Positions 26,072-32,000 of a stretch of 32,000 bases of DNA are shown piece by piece. A program made the translations under genes and the position numbers. How positions within the stretch are numbered: position 1 is the first letter of the stretch; the number at the start of each line of letters is the position of its first letter. Below the pieces are notes generated by a model, which did no database searches, had not been told where the DNA came from, and saw only the letters and a program-made list of their open reading frames with translations. Source of the DNA: Halomicrobium mukohataei DSM 12286 (lineage in GTDB: Archaea; Halobacteriota; Halobacteria; Halobacteriales; Haloarculaceae). Location of the stretch: assembly GCF_000023965.1 (NCBI RefSeq), contig NC_013202.1, forward strand, positions 2,730,001 through 2,762,000, in the 5' to 3' direction.

Positions 26072-26446
26072 CGGGAGGTGGATTTGAACCGGAATCAGAC
26101 GTGCTCGCTTCGCTGCGCGCGACTAATAGGGTACAAATCCACTCGGCGTAGATTTGCCGCTCGCGAGTTTGCTCGCGGCAAAATATAGCGGGAGGTGGAT
26201 TTGAACCGGAATCAGACGTGCTCGCTTCGCTGCGCGCGACTAATAGGGTACAAATCCACTCGGCGTAGATTTGCCGCTCGCGAGTTTGCTCGCGGCAAAA
26301 TATAGCGGGAGGTGGATTTGAACTTGGGGAAGAAATGCTCGCTCACTTCGTTCGCTGCGCGTTCCGTCCCGAGTTCAAATCCACGCTGTGCTCTCTTTCC
26401 CGACGCCGAACTCGTCGCTTCGCTCCTCGGTTTGGCGTCGGTAAAA
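26067..26446. repeat. Tandem array seeded by the 3' end of tRNA-iMet: two identical 117-bp units (26067-26183, 26184-26300) and one diverged 146-bp unit (26301-26446), each starting with TATAGCGGGAGGTGGATTTGAAC
   Basis: Direct reading. On the tRNA strand, the 23-24-nt head of each unit equals the last 19-20 nt of the adjacent tRNA (T-loop through discriminator, plus 1-2 T-stem bases in the 117-bp units) plus its TATA downstream flank. Each unit also holds an inverted copy of the T-loop segment (GTGGATTTG...CAAATCCAC; 12 bp in unit 3) and a second GC hairpin. Confidence 0.9.
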
Positions 26447-26448
26447 TA

Positions 26449-26523
26449 TAGCGGGAGGTGGATTTGAACCACCGATCTACGGGTTATGAGCCCGCCGGAA
26501 TCTCCTGGCTATCCCATCCCGCT
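26449..26523 (-). tRNA. Initiator tRNA-Met (anticodon CAT), 75 nt, no encoded CCA
   Basis: The reverse complement AGCGGGATGGGATAGCCAGGAGATTCCGGCGGGCTCATAACCCGTAGATCGGTGGTTCAAATCCACCTCCCGCTA folds as a cloverleaf. It has the A1:U72 pair and three G:C pairs closing the anticodon stem (GGG/CCC), which are archaeal initiator hallmarks. Followed by TATATTTT. Confidence 0.92.
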
Positions 26524-26597
26524 ACTATCTCGTATCGTCTCCCCCTGATTAAGGGTTGTGATTCGGTCGTCCTCTGTGGGTTCCTCTCGCGGCACAC

Positions 26598-27059
26598 TCA
26601 CTCGTGGACGCGCCAGGTGAAGATGCTCTCGAAGACGTAGTTGACGAACATGGCGATCCCGATCGCGCCGCCCTTGACGAAGATCGGCCAGAGGTCGACC
26701 GGGCCCACCGAGACGGGCACGCCGACCTCGTAGACGACGAGGACGGCGAAGAGAATGCTCCACTGCAGCGTCGACCCACCGGCACGGACGAGATGCGAGC
26801 GCAAGAGGCGCGCGCCCAGCGAGCGGCGGTCGTCCTCGCCTTCGCTCGCGAAGGTCCAGTTGTCGTTGACGACGAACATCACGAGAATCGCGACCTCGAT
26901 GCCGACGGCGTTGGCGACGGCGGTCGGGACGCCGACGAACTGGTCGAGGACGACGAAGGTCGTCGTGTCGAAGGCGGCACCGACCGCACCGACCGAGGCG
27001 AACTTCCCAAAGCGGACCCCCGAGAGCAACGATCGGAGGGGTGCGAGGCGGCTACTCAT
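26598..27059 (-). CDS. GtrA-family small membrane protein (putative polyprenol-phosphate-sugar translocation)
   Basis: 153 aa, 4 TM. FGKFASVGAVGAAFDTTTFVVL...GIEVAILVMFVVNDNWTF...GAIGIAMFVNYVFESIFTW is the GtrA-like pattern. Overlaps the upstream GT2 gene by 8 nt. Confidence 0.88.
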   Translation of the reverse strand: MSSRLAPLRSLLSGVRFGKFASVGAVGAAFDTTTFVVLDQFVGVPTAVANAVGIEVAILVMFVVNDNWTFASEGEDDRRSLGARLLRSHLVRAGGSTLQWSILFAVLVVYEVGVPVSVGPVDLWPIFVKGGAIGIAMFVNYVFESIFTWRVHE

Positions 27060-27819
27060 CGTTGTCGATCAGTGCGGGACCCTCCTCGCGTGTCGCGGCG
27101 ATAGCGGCGTGGAGACGACTGTCGCTCAGCCGCTTCGCCCGGTGGCGTGCGCGCAAGAGCGCCGTCGCCATGTTCAGCGACGTTCGCACCGGCGAGACCG
27201 TCGAGCCGGGTCTGTCCTCCCACTCGATGGGGACCTCCGCGACGGTCAGTCCCAGCGCACCGGCGATCGCGACCAGCTCCACGTCCCAGGCGAAGCCGGC
27301 GTCGTAGAGGTGCGTGCGCACGTGCTCCCACCCCTCGGCCGTGATCGCCTTCGCGCCACACTGGTAGTCGTACAGCGACACGTCGAGCAGGTGGCCGGCG
27401 ATCCAGGCGAAGCCGTCGCCCAGGAACCGCCGCGCGAAGGTCTGGTGGCTGCTGACGGTCGCGTCGGGGTGACGGCGAGAACCGACCGCCAGGTCCGCCT
27501 CGCCGGCCCTGACCCGGTCGATGACGTGTGCGAGAGAGGCCGCGTCGGTCGATCCGTCGGCGTCGGCGAACGCGCGAACGTCCGTCTCGATCGCCTCGAA
27601 GCCGGCGGTGATCGCGGCTCCCTTCCCGCGGCGGTAGGGGACGGCGTTGACCGTGGCTGGGAGCGAAGCCAGCCCCTCGGTGACGCCGGGTTCCGGGTCG
27701 TCGAGTTCGATACGGATCCGTGCCGGAGCCAACTGCTCGTCGAGCGTCCTGACGTACGAGCCCAGTCGATCCACGTCCGGTCGAAACGCAGGGACGACGA
27801 TACCCACCGACTGATCCAT
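27052..27819 (-). CDS. Family-2 glycosyltransferase, polyprenol/dolichol-phosphate hexosyltransferase type (GtrB / Alg5 / DPM1-like)
   Basis: Start at ATG 27819 (MDQSVGIVVPAF...). Motifs RRGKGAAI, FADADGS (DxD) and YDYQCGAKA (compare the D-x-QCGFK motif of dolichyl-phosphate glucosyltransferases). TATA-like GTTTTTAG (rc of 27844-27851) lies about 28 nt upstream. Confidence 0.9.
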   Translation of the reverse strand: MDQSVGIVVPAFRPDVDRLGSYVRTLDEQLAPARIRIELDDPEPGVTEGLASLPATVNAVPYRRGKGAAITAGFEAIETDVRAFADADGSTDAASLAHVIDRVRAGEADLAVGSRRHPDATVSSHQTFARRFLGDGFAWIAGHLLDVSLYDYQCGAKAITAEGWEHVRTHLYDAGFAWDVELVAIAGALGLTVAEVPIEWEDRPGSTVSPVRTSLNMATALLRARHRAKRLSDSRLHAAIAATREEGPALIDNDE

Positions 27820-27891
27820 TCGTCCGGGCAATCGAGACCGCGGCTAAAAACAGTTCGACATTCCCGCCGACAACGGGGCAGTGCAAAAAGC

Positions 27892-27899
27892 GTATTATC
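27892..27899 (+). promoter_or_regulatory. TATA-box-like element (GTATTATC) about 27 nt upstream of the YYY-domain gene ATG, inside a 102-bp divergent control region
   Basis: AT-rich octamer at canonical spacing. The mirror element for the divergent GT2 gene lies at 27844-27851. Confidence 0.35.
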
Positions 27900-27921
27900 G
27901 GTGGTGACGCTGTCCCCACTA

Positions 27922-30306
27922 ATGGAATACGGTCTCGTCGCGCTCTGGCTGGCGCTCTATCTCGCCCTACTGGTGGCCGGCAGCGTCGTCACGAGCTGGC
28001 TGTTCCCGCGCTTCGAGGACGGGGGCTCCGGCGTCGCGGTCGTGCTGTCGGTCACCGTCGTCTGGTTGGTCACCTTCTTCGTCGGTCGACTGTCGATGAC
28101 GGCGGGGATCTGGCTGGGCGTCGCCGTCCTCGTCGGGCTGGTCGTTCTGGCGGGGAGTCGTGGCGTCGACCTCGATCTGGGGCGGATCGGCGAGAGCTGT
28201 CTGGTCTTTAGCGCGGCTTTCCTGTTCCTGGTCGGGATGCGCGTGTTCGCGGTCCCGCTGGGCGCGAGCGACCCGGTGATCGCGCCGCTCCCGCTGGCGA
28301 TCGGCGAGAAGATGCTGGATTTCGGCCTGCTGAAGTCGCTCGTCCGAACCGAAGCCCTGCCGCCCGAGGACGTGTGGTTCGCCGGTGAGCCGGTCGCGTA
28401 CTACTACGGCGGCCACCTCGTCGCGGCGATTCTCACCCGCATCACCGGTACCGCGGGGCGGTTCGCCTACAACCTCTCGCTGGCGGGTTTCTACGCGATG
28501 CTCGTGACCGCGGTGTACGGCGTCGCCGGCAACGTCGCGGCCGACCGCTCGATCCCGCGTCGGCTGGCCGGCGTCCTGAGCGTCTTCGCGGTCGGGCTCG
28601 CGAGCAACCTCACGACGCCGGTGCGAGCGGTGCTCGCACTCCTGCCCGACGGCCCGTCCGCGTGGCTCGCTGGCGTCGTCGGGATCGAACGGGACGGGCT
28701 TGCAGACGGGCTCGGCCAGTTCTACTACTTCGACGCGAGCCGCGTCATCACCGACCACCGGAGCGACTTCGCGTTCCAGTTCGGCGACGCCGACCCGGGT
28801 GCGACCGCGCCGACGATCAACGAGTTCCCCTTCTTCTCGTGGTTCAACGGCGACATGCACGCCCACATGATGAGTACCGCGTTTCTCGTCTTCGCCGCGG
28901 CGGTCTGTCTGGCCTACTACCGGACGCCCGCCCGCGAGGTGACGCGCCGTCGGCTGCTCGTGGTCGGCGTCCTCCCGCCAGTCGCAGGCCTCCTGGCGGT
29001 CACGAACACCTGGTCGTTCCCGACGCCGGCAGGGCTGGCGCTGCTGACAGTCGCCCTCGCACCGGCCGACGCACGGTCACTGCTGCCCGAACCACTCGCC
29101 GACCGGTTCCCCGAAACTGCCCTCTGGCGGGAGGGATCGCGCCTCGCCGTCGGCCTGGGCGTCGCCGTCGCCGTCGTCGCGCTGGGTTTGCTCTGGTCGC
29201 TGCCGTTCTGGCTCGGGCCGGCGAGCGGGCGCGAGATCGCCGTCCTGCCGGACCGATCCTCGCTCACCGAACTGCTGCTCGTCCACGGGCTCTTTCTGGC
29301 CTCCTTCCTCGCGTACCTCGCGGCTCGCGGCCGGCAGCGATTCGGCGAGCGAGCGACCACCGCGACGATCGGCTCCGCCGTCGCGATCGCCGGCTTCGCG
29401 GTCCTCGACCTCGCCGCCCTCGGCCTGTTCGTCCCGCTTGTGGGCGCGTGCTGGGCCCTCGCGCGACGGCCCGGCACGACGCCGAGCGCCGCCGAACCCG
29501 CTGGCGACACGGACCGCGCACGCTCGGACGGCGGCGCGGCGAGCGCCGGCTTCGAGACGGTGCTGATCGTCGCCGGCATCGGGCTCGTGACGCTGATCGA
29601 GTTCGTCTACCTCAAGGAGCCGACCGGTCGGATGAACACCGTCTTCAAGGTATCGATGCAGGTGTGGGTGCTGTGGAGTCTGGCCCTCGGGCCGGCGCTG
29701 GCGTGGGTGTTCACGAACCGCGCCACCGTCCCAGAGGACACACTCGGTCGGGTCCGATCTGCGCTGCCCCGCGTCGCCCTCGCCGTCCTCGTCGTCGGTG
29801 CCGGGCTGTACGCGCCGCTGGCGGCGACGACCGCGTTCGACGGCTCGGACCCGACGCTGGACGGGCTCGCCTACCTCGACTCGGAGTATCCCGAGGAGGC
29901 CGCCGCGATCCACTGGCTCGACGATCGATCCGGGCGACCGGTCCTCGTCACGGCGGCACCGGGCGGGTACACCTGGGACGCCTCGGACGGCGAGGGGTCG
30001 AGTGCGCCGGCCAGTCTGACCGGACGCCCGACCGTCCTCGGGTGGTTCCACGAGGCACAGTACCGCGGGGACGAGCCGTATCGGGAGCGACTGAGAGACG
30101 TGCGGACGATCTACACCGGCGAGCCCGAAGAGCAGGCCGCGCTGCTCGAACGCTACGACGTGCGGTACGTCTACGTCGGCCCGGTCGAGCGGGCCACCTA
30201 CGATCAGATCACCGTCGACGCGGTGGCGGGCGTCGAGCCGGTCGAGGAGTTCGACGGTGTGACGATCTACCGGGTCACCGACGACAGTGAGGGAGGGTCG
30301 TCATAG
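27922..30306 (+). CDS. Large polytopic membrane protein of the DUF2298 / Chlor_Arch_YYY family with a C-terminal soluble domain
   Basis: True start taken at MEYGLVALWLALYLALL (ATG 27922); the ORF stays open upstream only because it lacks stops antisense to GtrA/GT2. Contains the family-defining AGEPVAYYYGGHLVAA motif, about 15 or more TM helices and a C-terminal globular region (DGLAYLDSEYPEEAAAIHWL...YVYVGPVERATY). Confidence 0.85.
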   Translation: MEYGLVALWLALYLALLVAGSVVTSWLFPRFEDGGSGVAVVLSVTVVWLVTFFVGRLSMTAGIWLGVAVLVGLVVLAGSRGVDLDLGRIGESCLVFSAAFLFLVGMRVFAVPLGASDPVIAPLPLAIGEKMLDFGLLKSLVRTEALPPEDVWFAGEPVAYYYGGHLVAAILTRITGTAGRFAYNLSLAGFYAMLVTAVYGVAGNVAADRSIPRRLAGVLSVFAVGLASNLTTPVRAVLALLPDGPSAWLAGVVGIERDGLADGLGQFYYFDASRVITDHRSDFAFQFGDADPGATAPTINEFPFFSWFNGDMHAHMMSTAFLVFAAAVCLAYYRTPAREVTRRRLLVVGVLPPVAGLLAVTNTWSFPTPAGLALLTVALAPADARSLLPEPLADRFPETALWREGSRLAVGLGVAVAVVALGLLWSLPFWLGPASGREIAVLPDRSSLTELLLVHGLFLASFLAYLAARGRQRFGERATTATIGSAVAIAGFAVLDLAALGLFVPLVGACWALARRPGTTPSAAEPAGDTDRARSDGGAASAGFETVLIVAGIGLVTLIEFVYLKEPTGRMNTVFKVSMQVWVLWSLALGPALAWVFTNRATVPEDTLGRVRSALPRVALAVLVVGAGLYAPLAATTAFDGSDPTLDGLAYLDSEYPEEAAAIHWLDDRSGRPVLVTAAPGGYTWDASDGEGSSAPASLTGRPTVLGWFHEAQYRGDEPYRERLRDVRTIYTGEPEEQAALLERYDVRYVYVGPVERATYDQITVDAVAGVEPVEEFDGVTIYRVTDDSEGGSS

Positions 30307-30362
30307 CCCGTCGCAAACGGCGTGTGCGCCGTTTCGACGGTCCCGGTCGCGGACCGCGAGCG

Positions 30363-31034
30363 TCAGCCACCGGGACCCAGCGCGGCGATGTCGGCCCCGA
30401 CCGTCGCCAGCGCGTCGGCGGGGTTCGGATCGCTGTCCGCGAGGTGTCGCCAGTCGTCGTCCGGTGCCCGTTCGAGTAGCGCGACGACGGCCGCTCGGTA
30501 CTCGCGGAACTGGGCACCGGGATCGGCCCGCTCCTCCCAGACGCTCCGGATGACCGTCCGCGAGTCGATCCTGACCTCGATCCGTGCGGGCTCGAACTGC
30601 GCCAGCAGGCGCGCCAGCCCGAGCGCGAGCGCGGCGTACTCGGCGGTGTTGTTGTCCGTCCGCGAGCCGACCGGTCGCGCGAGACGGAGCAGCGACTCGC
30701 CGGCCTCGTCCTGCACGACGGCACCAGCGCCCGCCGGCCCCGGGTTCCCGCGAGAGCTGCCGTCGACGTAGAGAATCGCCGTCTCGCCGGCCAGGTCGCG
30801 ATCGACCCGTGTCTCGTGGTCGTCGGCCGACAGCACGCGTTCGATCGCCGCTCGCAGCTCCGCCGGCTCGGTTCCGGGTTCGAACAGTCCGCCGACGCCG
30901 GGGACCGCCGCGTCGATCGCGTCGATCGCTGCCGACACCTCGTAGTCGTACGCGGCCAGGACGCGCTCGACGCGCTCGGCGAGCGGTGACAGTGACTCCG
31001 ACGGGAGATCACGGGCCGCCGTCACCGTGACCAC
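30363..31034 (-). CDS. rnhA: Ribonuclease HI (type 1 RNase H) with an N-terminal extension
   Basis: LYVDGSSRGNPGPAGAGAVV, TNNTAEYAAL, RIDSRTVI and NPADALA give the DEDD catalytic pattern of RNase HI. The ORF is open up to 31403, but its first about 120 codons are S/T/R/P-rich and overlap the next gene. A GTG at 31034 (or 31025) is proposed, so the start is uncertain. Confidence 0.78.
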   Translation of the reverse strand: MVTVTAARDLPSESLSPLAERVERVLAAYDYEVSAAIDAIDAAVPGVGGLFEPGTEPAELRAAIERVLSADDHETRVDRDLAGETAILYVDGSSRGNPGPAGAGAVVQDEAGESLLRLARPVGSRTDNNTAEYAALALGLARLLAQFEPARIEVRIDSRTVIRSVWEERADPGAQFREYRAAVVALLERAPDDDWRHLADSDPNPADALATVGADIAALGPGG

Positions 31035-31185
31035 CGCCGCTGTCGTCGCGACCGTTCCATACGCGGCGTCGGGGCCGTAGCCACCTATCGATGTCGGTGG
31101 GCTCTTCGACGGTCGACAGCTGTCGCTACGAGGGACCGTCGTCCGGCAGTGACCGCAGAGAGGACGAAACAGACCGCCAGCAGGA

Positions 31186-31446
31186 TCAGGCGTCGCCGCG
31201 TGGCTCGACGACGCCGACCGCACCGGCGTCGACGTCTTCGGTGTCGAGGTGCATCGCGACGAACTCACGACGCATGAACCGTTCGCGCTCCTCGGGTTTG
31301 CCGATCGTACACCACAGCTGCGGTTCGTCCGGCCCGTGCCAGTCGCCCTGACGGGCGATCGCGAAGCAGACGTACTCCTCGCCGTCGTACTCGATGGTGG
31401 CACCCTTCCGGATTCCGGGATCCCCGTGGATAATGAGCTTCTTCAT
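31186..31446 (-). CDS. Small acidic hypothetical protein
   Basis: 86 aa with an ATG start. Plausible haloarchaeal composition (MKKLIIHGDPGIRKGATIEYDGEEYVCFAIARQGDWHGPDEPQLW...). No motif recognised. Confidence 0.55.
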   Translation of the reverse strand: MKKLIIHGDPGIRKGATIEYDGEEYVCFAIARQGDWHGPDEPQLWCTIGKPEERERFMRREFVAMHLDTEDVDAGAVGVVEPRGDA

Positions 31447-31620
31447 GCGCCGGCTTTTGCCGACAGCGCACTTAGCTTCTACGGTGCGGAGCGCGAATCT
31501 CCCGTCGTGACCGAGCGACGCGGGGCGTGAGCGGGCCAGCCAGGGCCGAGTGCCCGACCGTCACGGGCGACTCTCGAACGGCCACAGCAGCTTTGTCGAT
31601 GGGACGACATCGCTTCGAGC

Positions 31621-31848
31621 ATGGACGAGGTGTTCGGACGACGTGACACGGATTCGGGGACGAGCGTCAGGGGGACAGTCGTGTGGGGCCTCCGCCTGCT
31701 CGGCTTGGCGATCGTGGTGCTGGGTCTGGCACTGTGGCTGCTGACCAGTTCGGGTCTGGTCCTCCTGCCCGGCGGACTCGTCGTCGCCGGCCTCGCGGTG
31801 ATGGTCGTTCCCGGACTCCTCGCCGGGCTCGTCGAGTTGCTGTCCTGA
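31621..31848 (+). CDS. Small two-TM membrane protein (hypothetical)
   Basis: 75 aa with two clear hydrophobic helices. The competing antisense ORF (31479-31892) is R/S/T/P-rich junk. Confidence 0.4.
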   Translation: MDEVFGRRDTDSGTSVRGTVVWGLRLLGLAIVVLGLALWLLTSSGLVLLPGGLVVAGLAVMVVPGLLAGLVELLS

Positions 31849-31924
31849 TACCGTCGGCGTGGTCGGGACCGAACCGTCGGGGTTTTAAGCACCGCTGTGT
31901 AACCTCGCCGTAAGGTCGATATCT

Positions 31925-32000
31925 ATGCAGATGCCACGCCGATTTAACACGTACTGTCCGCACTGTAACGAGCACAACGAACACGAGGTCGAGAAGGTCC
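31925..32000 (+). CDS. rpl44e: 50S ribosomal protein L44e (eL42), N-terminal fragment; continues beyond the window
   Basis: [25 protein letters not shown] is the conserved haloarchaeal L44e N-terminus including the first CxxC zinc knuckle. TATA-like TTTTAAGC lies about 38 nt upstream. Confidence 0.93.
   Translation, partial: MQMPRRFNTYCPHCNEHNEHEVEKV

Noticed and set aside
26067-26446. Repeated GCGGGAGGTGGATTTGAAC segments considered as additional tRNA genes, tRNA pseudogenes or a CRISPR-like array
   Set aside because: Only the last 19-20 nt of the tRNA (T-loop to discriminator) are present. I could not fold any unit into a cloverleaf: a candidate 5' acceptor strand AGCGGCA exists, but no anticodon arm forms. 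Units are 117-146 bp with two identical spacers, so this is not CRISPR either. Reported as a repeat instead.
26755-27921. N-terminal 389 codons of the 1183-aa ORF 26755-30306
   Set aside because: This part is antisense to the well-supported GtrA and GT2 genes and is Arg/Ser/Pro-rich. The hydrophobic YYY-domain protein begins convincingly at ATG 27922, preceded by a TATA-like box.
28662-30290. 542-aa Arg-rich ORF inside the YYY-domain gene (alternate frame); similar shadows at 27056-27919, 27967-28866 and 29077-30051
   Set aside because: Compositional artefacts of a stop-poor GC-rich sequence. The frame-1 product has coherent TM helices and the family motif.
31035-31403. Upstream 123 codons of the long ORF that contains RNase HI
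   Set aside because: S/T/R/P-rich sequence that overlaps the 31186-31446 gene in another frame. The RNase HI domain with a typical N-terminal extension fits a GTG start near 31034, though the true start remains uncertain.

Overview
High-GC (roughly two-thirds G+C by eye) chromosomal segment with acidic predicted proteins, mostly leaderless-type promoters and an archaeal initiator tRNA. I read it as a haloarchaeon (class Halobacteria); no finer assignment is possible from the sequence alone.

Gene content, left to right:
- 3' end of a secreted S8 protease (PKD + PPC domains).
- grpE and dnaK, then a 2.6-kb interruption, then dnaJ. The interruption holds a repeat field, a DUF7344-type wHTH gene, an aldo/keto reductase, a MITE-like element and a pilin-like gene.
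- A truncated adenylate-forming-like protein, two membrane proteins, a Tat-exported halocyanin, an SRPBCC protein and coaBC.
- A tightly overlapping 9-gene Mrp/Mbh-type cation/proton antiporter operon (E-F-G-DUF4040-B-C-D-D-A/D-like).
- An accessory-looking cell-surface module at 20.1-24.9 kb: two facing DUF1628-type pilin-like genes around a membrane-tethered wHTH gene, a low-GC island, and a pilin-leader-like protein translationally coupled to a 621-aa polytopic membrane protein.
- hpt, then a ~950-bp gene-free stretch and initiator tRNA-Met.
- A GtrA / GT2 / YYY-domain (DUF2298) glycosylation trio.
- RNase HI, two small ORFs and the start of rpl44e.

Most notable non-genic structure:
- Three copies of an ~86-bp palindromic MITE-like element at gene 3' ends.
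- A perfect 41-bp tandem array that starts inside the dnaK stop region, followed by decayed dnaK-tail copies carrying covarying hairpins.
- A tandem array seeded by the last ~22 nt of tRNA-iMet.

No CRISPR array, rRNA, transposase or integrase gene was seen. All functional calls rest on motif recognition by eye. No database search was run.
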